Source: Verrucomicrobiota bacterium (GTDB taxonomy: Bacteria > Verrucomicrobiota > Verrucomicrobiia > Verrucomicrobiales > DEV007). Taken from it: a stretch of DNA of 45,181 nucleotides. The DNA lies in assembly GCA_045046875.1 (NCBI GenBank), contig JASFYY010000063.1, positions 1-45,181 on the forward strand. Direction: 5' to 3'. The notes under the pieces are model-generated. The model was not told where the DNA came from, did no database searches, and was given only the letters and a program-made list of their open reading frames with translations. Below are positions 1-8,088 of the stretch, one piece after another (the stretch's first letter is position 1; the number at the start of each line of letters is the position of its first letter). Both the position numbers and the translations under genes were made by a program.

Positions 1-1
1 G

Positions 2-208
2 GCTTTGCGCTGTCGGGTGCGGTATTTTACGGATGGGGCGGTGTTGGGGAGTCAGGGATTTGTGGATGAGTTTTTTGCGGGACGACGGGAGTGTTTTGGG
101 CAGAGACGAAAAGATGGAGGTAGGAAGATGCGAGGGGCGCAGTGGGGGGAATTGCGAGTGCTGCGGGATTTGGGAGCAGGGGTGCTTCGTGCGGTTGAGA
201 AAAATTAA
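2..208 (+). mobile_element. 3' end of a REP-associated tyrosine transposase (RAYT/Y1_Tnp), truncated by the window edge
   Basis: ALRCRVRYFTDGAVLGS...RRKDGGRKMRGAQWGELRVLRDL closely matches the C-terminus of the full-length transposase at 32728-33855. Confidence 0.85.
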
Positions 209-246
209 CGATTGAGATAATGGGGGTGAGATATTACCTCGAGTTT

Positions 247-1113
247 TCAACCATCGAACTTAAAGCTGGGTAGACTTTTCAGGAAATTTTTTGCGTTGAG
301 GCCGGAGGTTCTCAGGTCTTTTAAGGCGGGAGATTTTTTTCGTTTGGCCAGGCGGGTGCCTGCGGCATCTTTGATCAGGGGGTGGTGTGCGTATTCGGGC
401 ACGGGCAAGTTGAGCAGGGCTTGTAGCAGACGGTGGAGGTGGGTGGATTCGAAAAGGTCTTGCCCCCTGGTTACAAGGCTGATTTGTTGTAGGGAATCAT
501 CCAGCACAACTGCTAAGTGATAGCTGCAGTGGATATCTTTGCGAGCTAAAATTGCGTCACCAAGTAATTCTGGACGGGCTGTTTGCGGGCCGTGTATTCG
601 ATCGTGCCAAGTGAGTTTTTTGCCGTTAAGTGAGGCGAGGGCTTTTTTGAGATTCAAGCGTAAGGCAAACTCTTCTCCATTGCCTATACGAGTTTCTTGT
701 TCGTCTGCTGACAGTTTGCGGCAGATACCAGGGTAGAGCAGTTCGCTTGAATGGGGAAGGGCGGTGTTCGATTGTTCAATTTCCGTTAGGATGTCTTTAC
801 GGGTACAAAAACAGGGATAGATCCATTGCTGCTGCCGAAGTTTGTCCAAAGCGAGTTGGTATTCTGTAAGGTGATCGGATTGGCGGCGCACTGGAGTTTC
901 CCATTGCAAGCCGAGCCATGCCAAGTCTTGGTAGATGGCAGTTTCGTATTTGGCGCGACAGCGAGTGTAGTCGATGTCTTCTATCCTCAGCAAAAACTTC
1001 CCACAGGCACCTTGGGCTGCTTGTTGTGAAAATAGTGCAGAGTAAGCGTGGCCTTCGTGCAGGTAGCCCGTAGGGCTTGGGGCAAAACGGGTGATGCAGG
1101 CATTGGAGGTCAC
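247..1113 (-). CDS. gluQ: Glutamyl-Q tRNA(Asp) synthetase
   Basis: TRFAPSPTGYLHEGH, LRIEDID, YPCFCTR, YHLAVVLDD, RGQDL, RLAKR; 288 aa with no anticodon-binding domain. Confidence 0.92.
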   Translation of the reverse strand: MTSNACITRFAPSPTGYLHEGHAYSALFSQQAAQGACGKFLLRIEDIDYTRCRAKYETAIYQDLAWLGLQWETPVRRQSDHLTEYQLALDKLRQQQWIYPCFCTRKDILTEIEQSNTALPHSSELLYPGICRKLSADEQETRIGNGEEFALRLNLKKALASLNGKKLTWHDRIHGPQTARPELLGDAILARKDIHCSYHLAVVLDDSLQQISLVTRGQDLFESTHLHRLLQALLNLPVPEYAHHPLIKDAAGTRLAKRKKSPALKDLRTSGLNAKNFLKSLPSFKFDG

Positions 1114-1160
1114 AGGGGGGGGGATTGAAATTTTTTCAACATCAGATTTTGTGGAGATGG

Positions 1161-2054
1161 TTATAAGTCTTCAGCGAGTTTTTTGATGTAATCACGTAGT
1201 TCGGGGCCGATGTCATCACGGCGCAGGGCGAATTCGATATTGGTTTTAATGAAATCCAATTTATTGCCAATATCGTAGCGCTTTTCTGTCAGCTTGAGTC
1301 CGTACATGGCATGATCGGCCATCATGCTCACCATGGCGTCGGTGAGTTGCACTTCATTGTTTTTGCCACGGGGAGTATTGGCGAGGTATTCAAAGATCTC
1401 CGGGCGGAAGACATAACGGCTGGCAATAGCAAGTCGGGAAGGGGCTTCGTCAGGGGAGGGTTTTTCGATCAAGGCATCGATTTTTAAAACGGCGTTATTT
1501 TCGCTCAGCCAATCACCGCCGGCGATGCCGTAGCGGTTGACTTTTTCTTCAGGCACTTCTTCCAGGGCGACAACGTTTTGGCCATGTTGACAGAATACTT
1601 CGATCAGCTGCCCTGTGACCGCGGTGCCTTCCCCGGGAACTCCAAGCAGGGTGTCACCGAGCAAGAGGGCAAAAGCTTCGTTGCCGACAAAACTGCGAGC
1701 GTAGGATACCGCGTCACCGAGACCTTTGAGCTCTTGTTGCCAGATGAAGTGAATATTGGCCAGACCTGAGATCTTTTGAATTTTTTCAAGTTCTTCTATT
1801 TTGCCTTTGTCAGACAATTCTTTTTCCAGGTCAAGGTTAGGGTAAAAGTGTTCTTCGATTGCACGCTTGCTTTTGCCGATGATCATGAGGATGTCGGTGA
1901 TACCGGATTCGACCGCCTCTTCGACCACGTGTTGAATGGTCGGGGTGTCGATGATGGGCAACATCTCTTTGGGGAGGGATTTTGCGCTGGGCAAAAAACG
2001 TGTGCCAAAACCAGCGGCTGGGATTACTGCTTTGCGTACTGACGTGGGATTCAT
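1161..2054 (-). CDS. galU: UTP--glucose-1-phosphate uridylyltransferase family protein
   Basis: KAVIPAAGFGTRFLP..K..PKEMLPI, GLGDAV, LLGD, EKP, EVQLTDA. Confidence 0.9.
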   Translation of the reverse strand: MNPTSVRKAVIPAAGFGTRFLPSAKSLPKEMLPIIDTPTIQHVVEEAVESGITDILMIIGKSKRAIEEHFYPNLDLEKELSDKGKIEELEKIQKISGLANIHFIWQQELKGLGDAVSYARSFVGNEAFALLLGDTLLGVPGEGTAVTGQLIEVFCQHGQNVVALEEVPEEKVNRYGIAGGDWLSENNAVLKIDALIEKPSPDEAPSRLAIASRYVFRPEIFEYLANTPRGKNNEVQLTDAMVSMMADHAMYGLKLTEKRYDIGNKLDFIKTNIEFALRRDDIGPELRDYIKKLAEDL

Positions 2055-2067
2055 ATTAAGTTCAGGA

Positions 2068-3120
2068 TTATTGAGTCAAGGGGGCGATTGGACTTGGCTG
2101 TTCCTTGTTTTGCTTGGTAGGCGGGGCAGTGATGATGGGTTTGATCACTTGCAGGCCGAGCGGGATGAGTTTCGAAACCAGTGTTTGGTACATTTTTTCA
2201 TCTTCGTAAGTGCCGACAATGGCGCCTCCCGAGCCAGTGAATTTGGCCGATGCTCCACAGGCTCTTGCGGCTTGAACCATGCGGGTATTGCCTTTGCTCA
2301 TTTGGTAGTTTTTTGTGCGCAGATCAAAATTGGCGTCGATGAGAGAGCCGATTTTATCTCCTTGCCCATTCATTAGTAAATCGCGTGATTGTTCGGCTAG
2401 ATCAGCCCATTGGTTCATAGCGTCAATGATTTCAGGTTCCCCGCGTTCGAAGCGACCGCGGATGTCGTTGTGGAAAATTTCGGTACCTTCGGAGAGCCCG
2501 CTGGAATAGGCGATGTAGAGAGGGGGTAAAAGGTTGGGATCGAGCTCTTCATATTCCCCGTAACCGCGGCTGTTCATCAAATCTTTGTCGAAGTCCATAA
2601 AAACCACGCCTTCATAAGCTTGAATAACTCGATCTTGCAGCCCGGCAGGGATTTGAAGTTCATTGTTCTCTACCGCAAGAATTAGCCCAGCTTGAATCGC
2701 TTTGGGAATGGTGATGTCATAAAAGCTCATCAGCGCGCGCAGGCAGGCCGTGATAATGGCGCTGGAGCCGGCCATACCCACTTGGGAGGGAATATTGCTA
2801 TGGTATTGAATGGTGAAATTACGCTGGGCAAGCGAAAGGTCGTTTTCCAGACAGTAATCATAGAAACGTTTGATGGTGGCTTTGAGCAAGCGCACTCCGC
2901 CATAATAGCCAAAAGAACTGACATCATCTTTAAGTCCCTGGATGCTATTGAATACCGAATGGTCGCGGGCGGCGGGCAGGATCTCCAGTTGAGGGCTTTG
3001 CCACAGGACTACTTCGGCTTGAAAATTTCTAACAATGAAGGAGATGGTTTTGCCAAAATATCCGTCGGATGGATTGCCGATCAATCCGGCTCGGGCGTAA
3101 GACTGTTGTTTGATTATCAT
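2068..3120 (-). CDS. GHMP kinase, glucuronokinase-like
   Basis: GHMP loop IPSQVGMAGSSA; GNPSDGYFG, GYYGGVRLL, AGLQDRV and AKFTGSGGA resemble plant glucuronokinase (from memory). Confidence 0.82.
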   Translation of the reverse strand: MIIKQQSYARAGLIGNPSDGYFGKTISFIVRNFQAEVVLWQSPQLEILPAARDHSVFNSIQGLKDDVSSFGYYGGVRLLKATIKRFYDYCLENDLSLAQRNFTIQYHSNIPSQVGMAGSSAIITACLRALMSFYDITIPKAIQAGLILAVENNELQIPAGLQDRVIQAYEGVVFMDFDKDLMNSRGYGEYEELDPNLLPPLYIAYSSGLSEGTEIFHNDIRGRFERGEPEIIDAMNQWADLAEQSRDLLMNGQGDKIGSLIDANFDLRTKNYQMSKGNTRMVQAARACGASAKFTGSGGAIVGTYEDEKMYQTLVSKLIPLGLQVIKPIITAPPTKQNKEQPSPIAPLTQ

Positions 3121-3299
3121 TTTAAATCGAGCAAGCGCTCACTTTAACTGATATTGGCTTGTCTGACAAGTGTTGCAAAAGGGTTGCCTTTGTAGCCGTT
3201 GCGTTTGATCTGGAAGCGCTGGATAGATATGACCAGCGGCATTTTGAAGATTCCGGTTGCCTCTGCAGGGGCAGGGTGTTTCTTATCTGATTCAAAATT

Positions 3300-4568
3300 A
3301 TGAAAATGAACATCTACTTCCGTCCTTTGCCGAGCTTGCTGTTAGCTGGATTAATGATTTTATTAGGATCAAGTGTTTTGAATCTTAGGGCGGAGGACAA
3401 TTGGGCGCGATTCCGCGGACCAAATGGTACCGGTCATTCAAATGCCAAGAATATTCCGACAAAATGGGATTCGGGATCGATTGTTTGGAAAACCAAATTG
3501 AAAGGGGTTGGGCAATCGTCACCAGTAAATTGGGGTGATAAGTTGTTTCTCACCAGCTCGTCTGATGATGGCAGGGAGCGATATGTGTATTGTGTGAATG
3601 CCAAGGGCGGCAAAATTCTTTGGCAAAAAACGATCCCTTGTGAAAACCCTGAAAAAAACCATAAAATGAATTCATGGGCGACGCCATCTTGTGTCACTGA
3701 TGGCGAACGGGTCATTGCTTTTTTCGGCCCAGCGGGTTTGCACTGTTTTGATTTGGGCGGCAAGGAGATGTGGTCTCAGGATATGGGGGATTTCCCTGGC
3801 AATTGGGGAGTAGCGGCTTCACCGGTGATTTTTGAAAACCTGGTGATTCAGAATACGGATTGCACCGGACCGTCGGTCTTGGTCGCGTTGGATAAAAATA
3901 CTGGCAAACAAGTTTGGAAGGTTAAGCGTGAGGACAAACCTCGTGGCGGGTGGAGCACTCCAATTTTGATCGATTCGGGGAAGAGGGCGGAATTGGTATT
4001 GAATGGTGAGTTCGGCGTTCGAGCTTATGATCCTAAGACGGGAAAAGAACTGTGGTTTTGTAAATCTTTTAATGGTCGAGGGGCTCCTGTTCCCGATTTT
4101 GCCAACGGACTGGTGTATACGGTTAACGGCAAACCGGGCGATACCTACGCGGTTGAGCCTGGTGGATCTGGCGATGTGACTGATAGCAAAATGAAGTGGC
4201 ATGCCAAACGACCTAGGGGGAGAGATCTTCCTTCGCCATCTGTGGTAGGCGATTATCTAGTGGTTGTTAATATGTTGGGCGAAGTCACCTGTTATGACGC
4301 TAAAACAGGTGAGACGGTGTCGTCGCAAAAGCTGATTGAAAAAGGCGGGCATTTTGCTGCAGCACCTCTGGAAGTGAACGGCTTGCTCTATATTCAGAGT
4401 GAAGATGGAGGCGAAACCTTTGTGATCAAACCTGGTAAAAAAATAGAAATCGTGTCCAAGAACTCCTTGGGCGCGGATAAAAAAGAGATTTTCCGAGCCA
4501 CCTTGGCTCCGATTGGAGATCGTATTTATGCCCGGTCGCACACGACCCTGTATAGTATCGGAAACTAG
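3300..4568 (+). CDS. Secreted PQQ-like beta-propeller repeat protein (BamB-like family expanded in PVC)
   Basis: Signal peptide, NWARFRGPNGTG, repeated SSPV / ALDKNTGKQVW / AYDPKTGKELW blades. Confidence 0.88.
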   Translation: MKMNIYFRPLPSLLLAGLMILLGSSVLNLRAEDNWARFRGPNGTGHSNAKNIPTKWDSGSIVWKTKLKGVGQSSPVNWGDKLFLTSSSDDGRERYVYCVNAKGGKILWQKTIPCENPEKNHKMNSWATPSCVTDGERVIAFFGPAGLHCFDLGGKEMWSQDMGDFPGNWGVAASPVIFENLVIQNTDCTGPSVLVALDKNTGKQVWKVKREDKPRGGWSTPILIDSGKRAELVLNGEFGVRAYDPKTGKELWFCKSFNGRGAPVPDFANGLVYTVNGKPGDTYAVEPGGSGDVTDSKMKWHAKRPRGRDLPSPSVVGDYLVVVNMLGEVTCYDAKTGETVSSQKLIEKGGHFAAAPLEVNGLLYIQSEDGGETFVIKPGKKIEIVSKNSLGADKKEIFRATLAPIGDRIYARSHTTLYSIGN

Positions 4569-5989
4569 AGAATATCTCCCGCTTGATAGGCGGCAGCTTC
4601 GGGAAACTGTTTAGCGAGTTGCTCAACTGAGGCGGCAAAGTAGTCGATCTGGCTGGCAGCCGCACCGGTAGCGTTGCGGCCGAATTTGAGGATTTGCGCG
4701 ATTTTTTCTTCGGAAAAACCAATACGCTCATCTCCGGCCAGACGCTCAAGCAGGTCGTTTTTTTCGCTTTCTCCACTGCGGTAAGCCTGGGCTGCGGCGA
4801 CGGCGTGTTCCTTGATGACTTCGTGAGCGGTTTCGCGACCCACACCGGCTTTGGTGGCTTCCATCAGGAAGGTGGTGGACAGTAGGAAAGGTAGGTAGTG
4901 ATCGTTTTCCCGTTCGATGACCGCTGGATAGGCTGCCATTTGATCCAGCACGGTGATGAAAGTTTCGAGCAGGCCGTCAGCGGAGAAAAAACTGTCAGGC
5001 AACAAAACACGGCGCACCACAGAGCAGGAGACATCGCCTTCGTTCCACTGGTCGCCGGCGAGGGAGGAAGCCATTGTCAAATAACCTCCTAGCAAGGTGG
5101 TGAAACCATTGATGCGTTCACAGGAGCGGCTGTTCATTTTGTGCGGCATGGCAGAGGAACCGACCTGACCTTTGGCAAAACCTTCGGAGGCGAGTTCGTG
5201 GCCTGCCATCAGGCGTAGGGTCTTGGCAAAACTGGAAGGCCCCGAGGCAATTTCATTGAGGTTGGAGACCACACGCAAGTCGAGGCTGCGAGGATAAACC
5301 TGGCCGGGGTTGACCAACTTAGCAGGCAGTCCTAGATGAGCGACTACCTTGTTTTCCAGTTCGGCGACTTTCTGGGCGTCGCCATCAAACAGGCTGAGCT
5401 GATCGAGTTGTGTTCCGACGGCACCTTTGAGTCCGCGCACAGGATAGCTGTCGAGGATGTGTTGCAGTTGTTGGGTTGCGCCCAATAATTCTTCGCCAAA
5501 TTCAGCCAGACGTCGGCCGAAGGTCGTGACTTGGGCGGCGACGTTGTGGGTGCGGGCGGTGATCACCAAATCCGAGAATTCCTGGCTGCGGGCGGATATC
5601 CGAATGAGAGCTGCGATCGATTTTTTGTGAATTTCCTGCAAACCCCGATAAACCTGGAGTTGCTCGACATTCTCGGTGAGATCCCGGCTGGTCATGCCTT
5701 TGTGAATGTGTTCGTGGCCGGCCAAATCGCAAAATTCTTCGATACGGGATTTCACATCATGTCGGGTGATGCGTTCGCGTTCGTTGATGGAGTCCAGATC
5801 GATTTGGTCGACTACTTTTTTGTAGGCATCGATGGCTTCTGCGGGAATGTCGAGGCCAAGCTCACGCTGGCCTTCCATCACTGCGATCCAGAACTGTCGC
5901 TCCAGACGAATTTTGCCTTCGGTCGACCAGATCGACTTCATGGCGGTGGATGCGTAACGTTCTGCTAGGATATTAGTTATTTGAGACAT
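4565..5989 (-). CDS. purB: Adenylosuccinate lyase
   Basis: RYAS, TRHDV, IHKGMTSRD, GSSAMPHKMN fumarate-lyase signature. Confidence 0.95.
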   Translation of the reverse strand: MSQITNILAERYASTAMKSIWSTEGKIRLERQFWIAVMEGQRELGLDIPAEAIDAYKKVVDQIDLDSINERERITRHDVKSRIEEFCDLAGHEHIHKGMTSRDLTENVEQLQVYRGLQEIHKKSIAALIRISARSQEFSDLVITARTHNVAAQVTTFGRRLAEFGEELLGATQQLQHILDSYPVRGLKGAVGTQLDQLSLFDGDAQKVAELENKVVAHLGLPAKLVNPGQVYPRSLDLRVVSNLNEIASGPSSFAKTLRLMAGHELASEGFAKGQVGSSAMPHKMNSRSCERINGFTTLLGGYLTMASSLAGDQWNEGDVSCSVVRRVLLPDSFFSADGLLETFITVLDQMAAYPAVIERENDHYLPFLLSTTFLMEATKAGVGRETAHEVIKEHAVAAAQAYRSGESEKNDLLERLAGDERIGFSEEKIAQILKFGRNATGAAASQIDYFAASVEQLAKQFPEAAAYQAGDIL

Positions 5990-6020
5990 GGAAATTTAAT
6001 ATTTAAGATAGTTTTTGAAT

Positions 6021-6326
6021 TCAGGAGTCGACGTATTTACTACGACATTCGACGATGGCATCGAGCATGGTTTCAGCTTCGTTACGCAATTCTTTGTTCA
6101 GGCTGGACGCGGCTTCGTTGTGGCGTTTATAGAGTATTTTGAGGTGGGCTGAAATGGCCTTTTTGTCCATTGTTTCAGGATCTATCTCACACAGTTTTTC
6201 CGGGCTGGGTAGTGGGGTGACGGCCTTAAAAAAAAGTTCTTTGTTTTTTTCTTCTGGACTTGAAGAGCTTGCACTTGGCTGTGCTTTGCTTTTGTTTTTT
6301 TTGCGTTTGAAAAGATTGCGGATCAT
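6021..6326 (-). CDS. Small hypothetical protein with a J-domain-like C-terminus (HPD replaced by HNE)
   Basis: ATG at 6326 (MIRNLFKRKK), 25 nt after the Hsp70 stop; last ~60 aa follow the J-domain helix pattern by eye. Confidence 0.65.
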   Translation of the reverse strand: MIRNLFKRKKNKSKAQPSASSSSPEEKNKELFFKAVTPLPSPEKLCEIDPETMDKKAISAHLKILYKRHNEAASSLNKELRNEAETMLDAIVECRSKYVDS

Positions 6327-6351
6327 GTCAGGACGGAGGTTGGGTTGGGGG

Positions 6352-7845
6352 TCAAACGATGGTGATCTGTTTGAGATAGGCGGACTTACGTTCGATGTCT
6401 TTCTCGGAGAGCACCCCTTCACCTTCGTATTCGATGTCGATGTTTTGGCTCTGCCCGGATTCTTCATCCAGGATCTTGGCTTTGACCCGTTGGTTTTCAT
6501 CGTAACTGTAGGTGACCACCACTTCACAACCAGCAGGTCGACCGGGTGGGACTTTGAGAGAGATTTTGCCAACAATATCGACATAACGTGGATCAGGGTC
6601 TTCTCCCTGGGTGATTTCGACTTCGATCAGTTCCTCGTTGTCTTCCGAGGTGATGTAGGTCTGCGACATCGAGCAGGGGATGGGGGTGTTTTTAGGGATG
6701 ACGATGGAATTGCGTAATTCGGATTTGCCGGTGGAGGCGTCCTCGATGATGGCGATGGTGCCGTAGCTTTGGTTGCAGACTTCGGAAACCTGGCGCGCTT
6801 GTTTGGCGAACAGTGCTGCTCCGAGGGGGACACATTCGTCAACGTTGCCGCAGGAAATGGGATCGAAGCCAAATTGATCGCGTAAGGTCTGTGGCACAAT
6901 AGGCATGCGGGTACTGCCGCCGACGAGAACGACGTGGTCGATGTCAGAAGGTTTGAGCTCAAGAGCGTCCAAGGCTTGCTCGACCAGCATCACGGTGCGG
7001 GTCAGCAGGCGGGAGATGGCTTCTTCGAAAGAATCCCGGGTTAGGTTGATGCGCGCGGAGCCGTCGGTGTCGTTACCGACGGTCTCAGTGATCCGCTGCA
7101 GTTTGGAGAGCATTTTTTTTGCGTCCTCGCTGGTGATCATGGCACGTCGACGTTGGCGTTCATCTTGAAAAAGATCGGCGCCGTTTTGTTTGTGATATTC
7201 CTGAGCCAGGATTTCGATCAGAATTTCGTCAAAATTCGAGCCGCCGAGGTGGCGTGCTCCTTCGGATAGCAGGATATCTATTTTTTCGCCCTCGATATTC
7301 AGTATGGTGATGTCGAGAGTGCCTCCGCCCAGATCATAAACCATGACTTTACCTGAGATGTCACGGGTATGGGCGTAATAGAGAGCGGCGGCAGTGGGCT
7401 CGTTGACCAGGCGGGAGACTTTCATGCCCGCCAGTCGGCAGGCAGTGGTGGTGGCGTTGCGTGCCAGCTCGTTAAAATTGGCTGGCACGGTGATCACCAC
7501 TTCATTGATCTCACCGATAATATTGGAGCAATCTTGTTTGAGTTTGGCAAGGATCAGGGCGGAAATTTCAGTTGGTGTCCACTTCTGACCATCCATCTCG
7601 ATGAAGAAGGAGGGGTCATCCATGTGTTTTTTGATGTTGTGAACGGTGCGGTCGGGGTCGCCACCGTCACGGGCGGCGGAGCCGATCAACTTGACGCCGT
7701 CAAAACGATCAAAAAAGACAATCGAAGGAGTAAGGCGCTCGCCGTCACAATTGGGCACGATTTCCGGAGTGCCGTCCGCTTTGACGTGTGCCAGGCCGGA
7801 AGTCGAGGTGCCTAGATCGATGCCAATATATTTTTCCTGAGCCAT
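6352..7845 (-). CDS. Hsp70-family protein (non-canonical, short, no C-terminal lid)
   Basis: IGIDLGTS, TPS, VITVPANF, NEPTAAA, YDLGGGTLD, LGGSNFD, VLVGGSTRMP; only 497 aa. Confidence 0.92.
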   Translation of the reverse strand: MAQEKYIGIDLGTSTSGLAHVKADGTPEIVPNCDGERLTPSIVFFDRFDGVKLIGSAARDGGDPDRTVHNIKKHMDDPSFFIEMDGQKWTPTEISALILAKLKQDCSNIIGEINEVVITVPANFNELARNATTTACRLAGMKVSRLVNEPTAAALYYAHTRDISGKVMVYDLGGGTLDITILNIEGEKIDILLSEGARHLGGSNFDEILIEILAQEYHKQNGADLFQDERQRRRAMITSEDAKKMLSKLQRITETVGNDTDGSARINLTRDSFEEAISRLLTRTVMLVEQALDALELKPSDIDHVVLVGGSTRMPIVPQTLRDQFGFDPISCGNVDECVPLGAALFAKQARQVSEVCNQSYGTIAIIEDASTGKSELRNSIVIPKNTPIPCSMSQTYITSEDNEELIEVEITQGEDPDPRYVDIVGKISLKVPPGRPAGCEVVVTYSYDENQRVKAKILDEESGQSQNIDIEYEGEGVLSEKDIERKSAYLKQITIV

Positions 7846-8088
7846 GACAATGAGTGAAACCTTTTTCTGTAAAGGTGCCTGCCTTTTAATAATGCAAATC
7901 CGACAAACAGAAAGCCAGATTTGCCTTCTTTGAGATAATTTTCAAGAAGACTGGCCGGAACTTGCGTTAAGCTGCACAACACTCACATTCGTAAGCCCCA
8001 TCGGAAAGCATAAAGACGAGGCATCAAAAGAGAGCCTTTAGCTGGGTCTGCCGACTGATACTTGGAATATCAGAGAATGCTTTCGTTA

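Noticed and set aside
6327..6584. Upstream part of the 187-aa ORF 6021..6584
   Set aside because: It overlaps the Hsp70 3' end out of frame; the ATG at 6326 gives a clean non-overlapping gene.
6352..7845. Calling the Hsp70 dnaK
   Set aside because: It is too short, has no lid, has a degenerate linker, and has no grpE/dnaJ neighbours.
7846..8088. 243-nt intergenic region upstream of Hsp70 with a hairpin (gcaaatc...gatttgc) as a possible riboswitch or CIRCE
   Set aside because: I could not match any known riboswitch or CIRCE consensus; a single hairpin is insufficient. An Rfam scan would settle it.
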